A stretch of 63,618 bases of DNA, filler included, from Peribolospora baueri (lineage: Eukaryota): NCBI GenBank assembly GCA_029717555.1. It is 4 parts of 4 records of this genome, joined end to end, with 100 filler letters (N's around TTAATTAATTAA, not from the genome) between each part and the next. Parts side by side here need not be neighbours in the genome. Positions count along the whole stretch, not along the records: positions 21,416 to 42,167 come from JAMDHS010000159.1; positions 42,268 to 59,224 come from JAMDHS010000163.1; 2 more parts are not named here. The stretch is one strand, 5' to 3'. A program made the position numbers and the translations under genes. The notes beneath the pieces are model-generated. The model made no database searches. It worked only from the letters and a program-made list of their open reading frames with translations, and had not been told where the DNA came from. This document shows, one piece after another, positions 38,310 to 50,633 of this stretch (position 1 is its first letter; each line of letters begins with the position of its first letter).

Positions 38310-39008
38310 GCATCCGTCGGTCCGTCGGTCCGTCGGTCGCTCTGTAACCCCGACTGCCGTCCGCCTGGGTTTTTTTCGACTGGACCACACGCCATCCCCC
38401 TTGCCCATCCTCTCTCTTTCTCTCGCCTTTTTCCATTTCTGAGCTCTCGCCTTCCTTCCTCCCCTATTCCTACCCCGGAATTCCCGCATTGCAGGGCCCC
38501 TCCCTCGGGTCGCTTCAAGATGTGATGTGATGTGATATCCTTCGTCGGTCGTCCTACACAATTTCGATGTGATCTACATGAATTCCGATTCGATATCCTT
38601 CCCCCAAGTGACGAAAGAAATTCTCAACGTCTTTGCTGATCCCTTCCGTCGGGCTGGGAACGGAGCGAGCTGGAGAGGAGTCGTCGGCCGGTGTAACCAC
38701 CATTGCGAGGGCAGCAGCAGTCCCCCGCGGAGGTCCGTGTTTCTCCGAGCTGAGGCTTCCTCGTGACTCCCTATCCCCTGGAACCACATTCCCGTTCTCC
38801 CCGGGTTCAAACCCTACTTCGTCAGGTTTTTTTAAGTGGGCCGTCGCCACGTTCGCGTGGCACCTAACTTCGATCGAGCGGGGGGGGGGAAAACACGGTC
38901 CCGAGGGATAAGAGAAGGGAAGGGAAGGGAAGGAGGAAGCGGGGTACTTGTTGGGCCTAGAATCTTCTTTCTTTTTTTCTTCTTTGGACTTGGTCGAGGC
39001 CCCGTCGT

Positions 39009-39029
39009 TTCCTTCCTTCCTTCCTTCCT

Positions 39030-39069
<40 letters not shown>
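39009..39069. repeat. Microsatellite (CTTC)n(CTTT)n
   Basis: Directly visible. Confidence 0.9.
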
Positions 39070-40383
39070 GCTTGCCGGTCTGTGCGTTGTGGGGACTTGC
39101 CTGTCGTGCAGGGTACGCGTGGCTAAACGGACGCGCAGGTGGAGAAGTACACGAGACGAGGTGCCAGCAGGACGGGCCTTGCGTCCGATCCAATCCCGTC
39201 CATTCCAATCCAAATCCAAATCCAACCCACATCTAAATCCAACTCAACCTTGTCTGTCTTGCCTGTCCGTCTGTCTGTCCGTCTGACCAGTCTCGACCTC
39301 GACCTCGAACTCGACCTCGGTCCGGACACGCCGATGGCTTGCCTTGCACGACCCCCCGCACCGCCGCACAGAGAGAGCCACCTTCTACGGCCACAACGAC
39401 AACGGACGAACGAGGAGGCGCGGGAAAACGTTCCCGCCTCGTGAAGTGAGATTGGATCGATTGAGTAACCTTAACACGGACGAGGAGGAGGACGAGAACA
39501 ATGAGTGGCCGTATCGTGGGCACGGGCGTGGGTAGTTCCATCGGTAGACGGCGCCGATTCGTGCCGTGGCTCGGGTGGCTGCGAGCAAGCGCTGCGACCG
39601 AGGCGGACGTGGCGGCGGCATCTATCACAGGCTTGTTTTTTTCGTACTGGCCGTGGAGACGACGTGATGTGACGTGTGGGCCAGCGGTGGAGCAAGCAAG
39701 CTCGACGCTGACGACGTGAGCGAGGCCCTCGGCCCGGCCTGGCTTCCTATTTTCTCCTTGCAGCTTCCCGCTTTCTTGCCATACTATCTCCATCGCCATC
39801 GTTATCGCCGTCGCTATCGCCATCGCCATCGCCAGCTACGATCATTTATTATTTCATTAGCCCCACGTCGACGTCCACGTCGCTCGGACGCGTCACGTGG
39901 CCGTGCAGGCCTCGCCTTGCCATGTAGTCCGCCATGTCGCCGGCATTCTCACTCACTCCTTTTTTTTCGTCCACTCCGACGACCTGCAAGGCGATGAGAA
40001 GGAAACGAAGAGATGTGAAAATGACAGCGATGAAGACGAGAACGGCAACGCATGCAATCGTCCCGTCCTCATCTCCGTCCCTTCCCGGACCTTCTGCTCG
40101 CCCTCGCCTCGCCGCGTGCCCCTCCCATCTCTTCTCTCGTACACAGCCCGCCCCCGCCCGGCATCGCCCACTTAGCTCGTCGTCGTCCGTCGTCGTCAGC
40201 GATGGCAGAGCAGAGCAGAGCAGACGCCGGCGTTGGTCGCGCTACCCCTAACCCATGTTTGCCCATTCTCCTGCCACTCACCCGTCTTTCTTATCAACCC
40301 CCGGCCCCCCGTCGACCCTCGTCCGTCGCCTCCTCCTCCTCCTCCTCCTCCACCACCACCCCTCTATTCGCCACCGCCCCGCC

Positions 40384-42167
40384 ATGTCGTCCTCGAGCAC
40401 CTTCAAGCCTCAGACGTTCGTCTACCACACCATCCTCCCTCAGGGCCTCGCCCTCGAGGCAGACGTCTATCTCCCCGATGGCGAAGCCCCAGCAGACGGC
40501 TTCCCCGTCTGGTTTCTCATTCATGGCGGAGGGTGAGTCGAAAAAAAAAACCCGCCGACCAGCGAGCGATGATTTCCGAGTGAGCGATGGTGGCAACGCA
40601 AGGCCTGGCTTGGTCGTTTATCCTCTTTCGTCTCCCATCGTGTCCTCCTTCGCTGTTCTTCACCCCTCAAGAGTGAGTTCAAGTCGGCGCTTTTTCTCTG
40701 TATAGCCTCTATGTCCCCCAGCAGTCGCTCACCTACTCCTCGTCGCCCTTACACAGTTCGCTCTCGGCGACCGCGCAGGCCTCCCCGCGCACGAGCTCGA
40801 CGAGGCCGTACACCGCCGTCGCTGGGCAGTCGTCAGCATGGACTACCCCCTCTGCCCCGCTGGTGAGCCCCATCCATCTCGCCCGCCGCGACCCCATCGC
40901 CGCGCGGTCGCTGATGCCCTTGCGCTTCCTCTCCGTCGACGATGCACGCAACAGCCAAGATTGCAGACCAGCTCGACAGCATAAAGGCCTGCCACCGCTG
41001 GGTGCACGAAAAGCTGCCGTCGCTGCTCAGCAAGAGGATCAACCCGAACGAGCTTGTCGTCTGCGGATGGTCAGTTCTATTCGATTCTGTCGATTTCAGT
41101 TGTCCCACTTGGGCTCACTGACCGACAACGACCCGACTTTCCATCATCCTGTTGCCAGGTCCGCTTCAGGCTACTACGCCCTCGCCTCCGGCTTTGCCTT
41201 TGAGCCCAAGCCCAAAGCCATCATGGCTTTTTACCCTTCGACGCGCTTCGATGACTGGATGGTCCGCAGGTTTACCTCCATGCAGCTTACCGGTGCGTCC
41301 CGTCTTGCGCATCCTCAGTTGTCATTGCGTCTGCATTCTGGCGAGCTTGGGTGCTTTTTTTTTGTTTCGCATTGACTTACCGTCCCTATCATCTCTCCGA
41401 CACGTAGCCTTTGCGCCTTGGCCGAAGGTGAGCTGGCGTGCGCGAGAGACGACGACGACGACGACGACCATTTGGCTCTTTGCACTCACCCCGTTCATCC
41501 ATGCCCCCCTCTCGCTCAGTGGGACGACAAAGTGGCAGACCAAGTGCTCCATTCAACCAAGGTGATCGCCTCGACGCCCTTCAGCGACCTCCTTCCCCGA
41601 TCCCCCGCCGCGCCTCCTCGTCACCCACAGTGCGACTTTGTCTGGCGCCACTCCATCCAGGGTGACATCTTCATTCACTGCTTCGGCTTTGATCCTAGCC
41701 TGCCGGAGAATAGGGACAGGCACGCAGAGACGTGCGCCTTGTTCCACGTCGGGCCTGACTTTCCTCCCACGTACTTGGTCGGAGGTGAGCCCAGGCCTGT
41801 CCCAATCCCGAGCCCGAGGCGACTTGTCTTTCATACCCCTCCAATTTTGTCCTTCTCCTCCTCCTTCTCCCCGTCTTGTCCTGGCGCGCGATCAACGACA
41901 CGACACAACCAGGCACGATGGACGATGTCTGCCCCATATTCCAGGCCACCGAGTTTGCAAGTCTGCTCAAAGAGAATGGCGTGCCGCACGAGCTCAACGT
42001 CCTCGAAGGCCAGGGCCACGTCTTTGAGTGAGTGTCGTCCCATCTCGAGCGACGGCCGGTCGGTACCGTGACGATGAGCTTTCCTCCTCACCTCTTTTGT
42101 CCGTCCCACGTGCTTCATCATGCAGTGCCTCACCGAGCTCCTCTCATCGTACACGACCAGCAAGTTG
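40384..42167 (+). CDS. Alpha/beta hydrolase (HGGG, HSL-like esterase), 3' end lost at contig gap
   Basis: ADVYLP..FPVWFLIHGGG, VVSMDYPLCP, nucleophile elbow VCGWSASG across an intron, PPTYLVGG/TMDD, EGQGHVF; the sequence then enters an intron that runs into the linker. Confidence 0.8.
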
Positions 42168-42267
42168 NNNNNNNNNNNNNNNNNNNNNNNNNNNNNNNNN
42201 NNNNNNNNNNNTTAATTAATTAANNNNNNNNNNNNNNNNNNNNNNNNNNNNNNNNNNNNNNNNNNNN
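42168..42267. other. Artificial contig linker
   Basis: N44-TTAATTAATTAA-N44. Confidence 0.97.
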
Positions 42268-43133
42268 TCTCCTCCTCTCCCAAAGACCCTAGGACATCTC
42301 GAAGGTCTCGACGCCGACCTGGCGCTTTCGCCTTCTCCGACCCGGAGCGAGAAAAAGGGTCCTGCGACCGTCTGGGCCGACAGGGTTCGAAACGGGGGGG
42401 GGGGGGGGAACCCCAACCGTAGTGGCAAGGGTGTCAAACAAATGGGGGAGAGGGCATATGATATGTCTAAGTTCAAAGAAGAACTAGACGGGGTCAAGTC
42501 CGAGCTCACAGAGGTCACGTCCAAGCTGGAAACGGTCCAACAACTTGCTTTCCCACATGGGGATTTTCACCCCTCCCGCGGTGAGGGCCTTCCGGGCCGA
42601 CCCAGTGGGAAGATTGAAAGACCTTGACATCCCAGCGGAGTTGATGTCCGTCTTACTCAACAAGAATAGGGCAGGGATGAACCATTGTCAGTACATTGAG
42701 CATTCATCCATCAAGCATTTATTCATCCCAATTCACTCATTGGACTGACAAAGTAAGCGCTCTTTGCTTTTGTCAGCGTCACACACAATAAAAGCGACCG
42801 AAGCGGCCGCTTCTATAACCCTTTTTGAAGATGAAGGGGACGATAGCAAGAAGGCGTGGGAGGCAGTGTTCAGGATGTTGAGAGGGCGGAGCACCGACGA
42901 CCAGACCCCAAAGAACGAGAAACTTTGGGTGATAGGTGACAGGTATTTCCACTTCGTTGAAGACACCCTCATCTCGGGCTATGGCCCTTTCCCAGCAAAG
43001 AGGGCCGGCCAGGCCTGGACTCGGGCTGCCTGGATCGCCGCCCTAGCCACAACCGAAGTTCCGCCTCCTGCCGACCCCGAGATTACTGACACAACCCGAC
43101 AGCGGCGGCGACGACGACGACGTGGCCGGCGAG
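42268..43133 (+). pseudogene. Decayed intronless ORF, possibly non-LTR retroelement ORF1/gag-like
   Basis: Frame is open from the contig start (…TVWADRVRNG…, coiled coil SKFKEELDGVKSELTEVTSKLETVQQL). It shifts near 42550, and ORFs 42545-42748 and 42764-43366 are in the same frame, broken by one TGA (42746-42748). No introns over more than 850 bp. The family call is inference only. Confidence 0.35.
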
Positions 43134-43605
43134 AATCCGCGATTTATGGGAAACGCCCTCTTGCAAAGCACCTCGCCCGAAAGGAGGCAATATCATCGTC
43201 GACGCGCTGCTTCAGGTCCGCTATCTCCTTCTGCTGTTCGTCGACCTTGCCCTCCAAGTTGGCTATCCGCTGCTGCTGTGCGTCGACCTTGCCCTTCAAG
43301 CGGCTATCTCCTTGTGCAAGTCGCTCGTCTCCTTCTTCCTCCTGTTGCTGTTCGTTGACCTTGTGACCGCTATTTGTGATTCAGCTACTGGGCAAAGGGC
43401 TTGGGGAGGAACGGAAGGAGATAGCCGACTTGAAGGGCAAGGTCCGTTCCTCCCCAAGCCCTTTGCCCAGTAGCTGAACCACAAATAGCGGTCCAAGGTC
43501 AGCGAACAGCAGCAGGAGATAGCGGAGCTGAAGCAGCGCGTCGACTATCTTGCGTTCTTTCGGGCTAGGTGCTCTGCAAGAGGGCCTTCCCAGAAATCGC
43601 GGATT
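43134..43605. repeat. Imperfect foldback inverted repeat with near-perfect 51-bp inner arms and ~42-bp internal repeat units
   Basis: Inner arms 43365-43415 and 43443-43493 match at 50/51. Outer arms (43134-~43250 vs ~43494-43605) are diverged reverse complements. Confidence 0.9.
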
Positions 43606-44737
43606 GTGTTCGACATCGACCTGAGAAAGGGTTATACCGTTCACATGCCTGCGAGGCAAGCGCCTTCCGTCCCAAGCACGTACGCGGGCGCTTCCAGAAT
43701 TTAGGATTTCCAGGATAAGAAGCTTGCGCGGTCCCGTAGGGGATGTTGCACGGGTTGTCTTTGGAATGGTTAGCAGTGGTGCGCTTAGCGTTCGTCCTGG
43801 AGAGACCTCGCAGCGTACGACCCGGCTACGAATCCAAAGCGAGCCACAGACGGCAGCGGGCCGGGTCTCGGGTTCGCTGCGGTGGTTGTCGTTTCAGCCG
43901 TAGGGTGAGGGCGAGAAACCAAAGTTAATTCCACCTAAAATGAAATGGTCCTGCGGCCTGCCTCAGGATAAAACTCGTTCACACAATCGGACGCGGATCT
44001 CCGCAATTCTCGAGCGAAGGCGACAGCAACTGCCCACGAGCTTCAGGTCGTCGCAGGCTTCTGAGCAAAACTTGAGGCGGGCGACGGTGACGCGCGCACG
44101 AAGAAGGATCTTGTACGACAGAGAGAGAGGTACGACGGAGAGAGTGTTAATGCTGTGCGAGGCAGTAGAATACACGACGCCGCGTCGTCACAGCGAGAAG
44201 GAAGAAAGGAAAAGGGGCGCGTGTTTGTCTGTCTGTCTGTCTGTTGCGGTGAGAACGTGCTCACCAGGCGAGACGCTGTCGTTGTGTTTTTATAAAAACC
44301 CAGTAAAGGAATTTCCAAGCGTGACATCAGCGAGCGGAGTCTGCTGCCGGCGGGGGGGCAGAAAGACTGAGTGTTGGGGAGGCTTTTTCCGTGGCCGGAG
44401 AGAGGGGCAGAAGACGTACTGGTTGCGTGCTAAGAAGGAGGAAAAGGCGTGGTATGTACATGGGGGAAAGGCAGAACGAAGGCAAGGAGGGAAGGCCGAA
44501 GGAGAGAAGGAAGATGAGGGGGAACATCCTATCCACCTATTATCCTTCTAGATGGTGGGACAAAATGTCTTCGAAGAAAAGGGAATGGGAAGGGAGGAGC
44601 GACGAGCAGATGGGATGAAGGAGGACACGAGGGAGGGAAGAAACACTGACCTCACAGCAAGAGGAAAAGAAAAAAAGAAGTCGGACTCGCGGAAGGGGTA
44701 TCGACGTTTGCGTTCACGAGACAAGACGACTCACGCG

Positions 44738-44830
44738 CAGAGAGAGAGAAAGAAAGAGAAAGGGAGAGACAGACAAAGAGAGAGAGAGAGAGAAAGAAGA
44801 GCGAGCGGGAGAGAGAGAAAGAGAAAGAGA
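44738..44830. repeat. (AG)n-rich microsatellite
   Basis: Directly visible. Confidence 0.85.
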
Positions 44831-45299
44831 GTAGGCGGGGAGGAGAGGGCGGAAGGTATGGATGGAAGGAAATGGAATCCAAGACGGTCCAAGTGACGGT
44901 AGCAAGGTCCGGTTTGCGCCAAGGGCCAGAACGAACATCTGTGGGCACGATACGACGAAGTGTCCCGAGCGAGCAAAGGTGCGGAACCAACCAAAAGCGG
45001 GCGACGGCGAAGGAGGTAAGGCATGATGAAATCGAGCGTCCGCGTCCGTCAGGCGTTAGGATGAAAGAAAAGCAACTGGATCCCCCATCCACACTTCCTC
45101 CATCGCCAGCCACCTCCTCCTCCCTTGACGATCAGGGGAAGCAGCCAGGGTCGCTTTTCGCCGCTGGCTTTGGCCCCGGCGGCACTGCGCTGAGGTCAAG
45201 ACGGCAAAGCCGTCGCCAAGCTGTGACGTGACGACCCTGGGCCGATAGAACGAGGGCTGAAAGCGGCAGCGTCTTAGAGATGGCAGCGGTCGCCGCATC

Positions 45300-47669
45300 T
45301 CAAGCGCCGACGTCGAGGCCGGTCTTGGTCGCGCCGCTTTCCCGCCCCAAGTCGCTGCCGCCTTGACGACCCACGGCGCCACCCTCGTCGTCATAGAACC
45401 GCTCGCCGACGTCACTCTCCGGGTCCGGCTCCTCTTCAAACACCTCTGCGTCGGCGCCCTCGAGATCAGAGTCACCCTCGTCGGCCGATTTGAGGCTCCT
45501 GCCTTGTAGGCCGAGCAGCTTCTCCGCCGCGCTGTCCGAGTATTGGATGCTGTTTCGCTTGCTCCGTCGCTGCTGGAGATCGAACACGGGCGGGGCGGCG
45601 CCGGCCATGAAGCTGTGCCGGTTGCCCCCTCGGCCGCCGGTGCGGAGGAGCTGGCCATTGACCACGTCAACGTGGCCACCGTCTGGAGCGAGAGTCTGGT
45701 ACTGCTGCCGCGGAGACGCTCCCAACGCTTGAAGCTGCCGGTTCGAGCCAGCGGCAGCGGCCGAACTGGCGGCGCCGGCATTGGCTTGCTCCGTCTCATA
45801 GGGGTCCATCTCCGGAACATCGTCCTCGATCTGCTTAGGCGCTGGCTCGCCGGAAACGGCGTCGACGAAAAAGATGTAGTCGAACTCGGTCAGGAACAAG
45901 CTGAACACGCCGGCAGGGATACCGAGGGTGGGGGAGAAAACGATGCCGACGTTGCGCATCGTCATCTTGTTCACGTCGGCGTTTTCGATGATCTTGATCA
46001 GGTGGCTGCACAGTGTTCGGAGGAGCGAGTAGTTGGCCAGCGGGAGCATGGAGACGAGCTGGCCGAGCTCGTTTACGCGCTCTTTGCGGTCGATGATGTC
46101 TGCGAGACGGAGGCCGAAGGAAGGGAAATCTCAGCGTTTGACGGCACGTAGCTCGAGAAAAAAGTGCGAGGATGACACCCACCGTTCACACGCATAAACT
46201 CCATATGCAGCTCCCGAGTGAGAACGCTGGACGGTAGGTCTCGCAAAAATGTCTTGAGCAGGCCCGCGATGGCGTGCGGGTCATAATACTCTCCGCCGGC
46301 CAGCAAGTTGACGTCTCCCTCTGCGTTTCGTTGCCAAATTTATGTTTATGATCGATGAACCATCCACTCATGACGGCCATTCGAGACGAAAACTCGTACC
46401 CAACGAACTCACCAACGTTGAACCGATCCTTGAGTGCCTTGATCACCGCCGAGCTGCCACTAAGCCTATAAATGCCTTCCTCTGACGACGCGTTCTTCTT
46501 CTCCAAGTACTCGATACACCGGTACACCACCGAGGGGAGCTGCATCCCCTCGGCGATGCTCGACACGGCGATCGACTCTTCCAAGGGAACGCCGAATACG
46601 GGCCTTGACTGGTGCGAGGCGGCTGATTTGTCTGAGGGGGCGGTCAGCGCGTGGTGGACGGCAAGGCAAGGTAAGGCAAGAAGACGAGGACGCCCGATAG
46701 GATAGGAGGGGGTGGAAGCGTCGCGTCAGTTCCGATGGAAAAAAAAAAGCCAAAGCCCGAGGCTACCCTACCGTCGACTTACCGCTCTCTTTGTTGAACC
46801 ACCCCTTATCCCAAAACCGTCCTTTGCCCGTCTTCTTCTCCCGATCTCGCTCATGAGCGTGTCCATGCCCGTGCACCGTCGGCTCATCCTTGCCTCCAAA
46901 CTTGTACCCCGTAGGGATGGGCGCGCCGTTCATCGGACCGGAGATGGTGGGCTTGTGGTGGTGCGCTCCCGCTCCCGAGCCCGAGCCCGAGGCGGAACCG
47001 GAGCCGACGCTGTCGGGGCTCTGCACGCGCTGGACGGGCGTGGCGGGCCGGCCGACGGGCGTGAGCGAGTCGGAGCTCATAGAACGATGACCGGGCGGCG
47101 CTACTGAACCGTTGAGCTGGCCGCCAGCGACGACGACGACGGCGGCAGCGGCTGACGAGCGTGCCTGCTGCTCGAGGAGGTACTGTTCGCGCTGTTCGGC
47201 AATGTTTCTCGCGATCGCGTCCAGGTTGGTGGGCAGAGAAGCGGACGAGGCGAGGTCGCCGCTGCCCGAGTGGTGACCGTGGCCGTGACCGTGGCCGTGG
47301 CGGTCCATGAGCTTCTTGGCCACGTTCGTCGACGATGGCGGACCCATGGAGCTTGCGACGTGACCATTAGAGGCAGCAGCAGCAGCACCTTCGGGCCCCT
47401 GATCCGCGGCGCCGACGCCGATGCCGACGCCGACGCTCTCGATGCTCATCGTGCGCCCGTGACCGGCGCTGGAGGGACGAGGATCACCGCCGGCAGGCAT
47501 GGGGCCCGTCTGGAACAATTTGTTATTCACCAGATCGTACATGGGCTGGGCGGGGCCTTTGATGATCTCCTCCGTGCGGGAGCCTTTCCTCGAGCGAGAG
47601 TTGCTTCGTTGAAGGGGAGGGCCGCTGAGCTGCTGTTGAGCGAACGTGCCGATGGTGGCCTGCTGCTGC

Positions 47670-47701
<32 letters not shown>

Positions 47702-50633
47702 CAACGCCAGCTGAGCCTGCTGCATCGCCGCATCATTCTCCAACCCCTTGGCCTTGGCTTCCTGATAGAGCCGGTCGATGCTAGCGATAACTCGAACCAA
47801 CACCTCCACCCATTCGTCCCTCTCCTGATCGCTCTCTGCACACAGCACGTGCCGCACGAGCTGGGGCTGCTCACCCAGGCCGGCCCCGCCGGCCCCGCCG
47901 CGCTTCTCGAGGATGAGGAAGGCGTGTCGGTACGAGTTTTCGTCGTGCTCCGGTCCCGGCGACTTTTGCTGTCGCCCGATCTGAGCGTTGGCGATAAGGA
48001 TCGAGCCCAGATGAGCACCTCCGCGCTGAAGAAGGCGAGGAGAAGTGGGAAAGGCGTCGGCGGAGGAGAAAAGCGGGAAACGCGTCAGCCGTCGACGTCC
48101 TCCAATCCAACTTAGCGAGCAGGGCCACAAAAAAAGGAGAAGACAAACTCACGCTCTCATAATACTCCAATCGCGCTCCCTGGAGCTTATAAAACCTAGT
48201 GACCCAACGACCAAGGTTCTGTCCTTTTTTAGTGAGGAAGCCCTCCTTATAATCCTTAGCCGCTTCGGCGCGAGCGGCGTCAGGGGCAGGGACGACGTCG
48301 GTAGAGAGGAAAGTGCAAAAGTCGTCTTTGTCTTGGAGTTGAATGGCGAGAAGGGATTGTAGGTAGGACTCGAGGATTTGCTGAAGAAGAAAAAGGCAGA
48401 AAGGAAGGAGGTCGGGTGGACGAAGTGAAATCAGCTTCCGTAGTGAAAAACAACTTGCGCGTCGAGAAGCGACGACCGACCCCTGCCCTCGCGCGAGACA
48501 CACCTTTCTCTGATCGACCTTGTTGGGTGCATGGTCCTTAAACAGCCCCTTGTCCGGTAGGCTTCCCATCCTCTTAGTGGCGCTCCTCCCATGCTTCTGC
48601 TTGATCCTCTGATCGAGCAGCAGCACATCCGAGTAGAGCTTTTCGATCTTCCAACTCTGCACCTGCACCTGGTGCTGCTGCTGTCCTCCTCCGGCACCGT
48701 TTTGTTTACCACCACCCCCCGCCGCTGCCGGATCGCTTCCGGCGCCCTCGCCTGGAGCATCTCTGGGCCCGGCCTGAGTGGGCGTGGTGGGCTCGAGAGG
48801 CATGCGAAGCTCTACGAGAATGAAAAAGCTGATCACCTCCTTGCCCCTCTCGTTGTGACGGATGTTCGAGCCAGACACTTTGACGTCCGTGTAGCGAAGC
48901 AGTTGGGCCGTCAGGCGCGTCGGTGGAGAGGGCGGGCCCGGTTGGACGGGCGAAAGAGGCTGAGGGAGACGCGAGGACGTGGAGTATGCAGGGGTTCCTA
49001 TCGGTGGGGGGCGGGAAGCGTTGGACTGAGCGACGAACGCCGGACCGAACGCCGTCGACGTCGGAGACTGCGGCTGTGGCTGTTGCGGCTGCTGTGGCTG
49101 CGCTAGCGAAGGCCTCGGCGGTTTGTGCGACGACGCCCGCGAAGCGGCTGCTGGCGAGTCCGAGCTGGCGCTGAGCGTCCTACGATGTCTGCCCTGACCG
49201 TTTGGCTGCTGAGGGCCAGGTTCGTCCGCGCTCATTCTCGCGCCCATTCTCGCGCCTGCCACCGCGCCGGCGTCGACGGCCGCTTGCCTGCCCACGTCGA
49301 CGAGCGGGCCCGCACTCTCGTCCGTCGCACTCTCCTCCCCCAGAGAGCCGTCGGCCAGCTGGGTGGCCTTTTTGTAGTGAAGCCCTCGTCCAGGCAGAGG
49401 AGCAGGTTCAGACCAGCCAGCGGACCTGGTCGATGGCATCATGCTCGCCCTGTCCCTCGCAGGGGCGGATCCGCCGTGGGACGCGCCGCCGGTGCCGCCG
49501 CCGGGCATCATGCTCGCCCTTCGCGAGGCAACGTTGGGGTCGAACGGGCTGACGGGCGGCACCATCGGCAGAGAGTACGAGTCGGCGAGCGGGGCGCTGG
49601 ATATGCCGAGAGCGCCGGACGAAGATGGAGACGGCGGGGGGCGTACGGACGCACTGTCGGCCGCGCCCGAACCGGGAGCGGAGGAGGCCGTGCTGATGGC
49701 GCCGGGACTCTTGGACCTCGGCATCGGTGCGCCGCCGGCTGCGAGCAGGTTGGGACTGGAGCCGTTGGCGCCGGTGCTCGAGTTGGCGACGGAGTAGAAC
49801 TGAGGGGAGGAGGAAGAGGGGGAGGAGGCGAGCGAGGACGCGCGAGCGGCGGGGGCGAGTTCGCTCGAGGAGGAAGCTCGAGGTGGGGGCGAAGAGACGC
49901 GCTGGTCGGCGAATGTCTTCATGGGACTTGGTCGCCGGTCCTCGCCAGAAAGGCGACCGTGGGTGCCCGGGCCCGGGCCGGCCGCTGCCGCTGCCAGTGC
50001 TGCCGGTGGAGCAGCGCCCTGAGCCTTGTCCTGGTGGCCGCTATTGCTGGGCGGGCCCGATTCGGAGGGCTCGCCGACGGAGGGTTCGTAGGGACCCTTC
50101 TTGGGTGTCGCCGCCGTCGCCGTCGTCTTGGTGGGCGCGCCGGAGGTGGCATCGGCCAAGCGGGCCTTGAGCAGCTCGTTCTCCTTGCGGATGCGTCCCA
50201 TGAGGTTCCATATGCGGACGTTCTCGTTGGTGAGCTTGCCGACCTCCTGGGCGAGGCGGTTACGCTCGGCCAGGACGTCCTCGAGGGCGACCATGGGTGC
50301 GTTGGCGGCGCGTGCGAGGGCGTCTGGGAGAGAGAGGGGTGCGTGGGAGGCGGCGATGGTGGCCGTTGAGGAGGAGGAGGACAAGGAGGCAGGGGAAGGC
50401 GCTGGGGAGGCGGCGGAGGCATGACCGGCCGCGCTGTGAGAGGAGACGGAAGTGGTGGGCGTGGAGGCGCCAGCGCCGCGAGCGGGGTGAGTGTGAGTGG
50501 ATGCGGATGCGGAGGAGGAAGAGGGAGAGGCGGTGTCGTCGCGGGACGGGGAGGCGCGACCGGCGAGATCCTGGGGGGGTTCGATCCTAGGGCGTGGCCT
50601 GGCGGCGGGGCTGACGGAAGCGGAAGGGGTCAT
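45300..50633 (-). CDS. BEM3: PX-PH-RhoGAP protein (Bem3-like Cdc42/Rho GAP; multi-exon)
   Basis: N-terminal coiled coil (LAERNRLAQE…ENVRIWNLMGRIRKENE), PX (WKIEKLYSDVLLLDQRIK…LFKDHAPNKVDQRK), PH (KEGFLTKKGQNLGRWVTRFYKL…RHVLCAESDQERDEWV), and RhoGAP (PVFGVPL, EEGIYRLSGS, IAGLLKTFLRDLP, NKMTMRNVGIVFSPTL). Start codon uncertain. Confidence 0.88.

Noticed and set aside
38609..38833. RNase P/MRP or SRP RNA identity for the B-box region
   Set aside because: Could not find the complementary P4 strands or the SRP helix-8 motif; kept only as a weak unassigned candidate.
43190..43560. CRISPR-like repeat-spacer array
   Set aside because: Units are degenerate tandem coding-like repeats without unique spacers, in a eukaryotic context with no cas genes.
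47660..47705. CAG/polyglutamine tract and His-Gly repeats in BEM3
   Set aside because: Ordinary low-complexity linker sequence in a microsatellite-rich genome.
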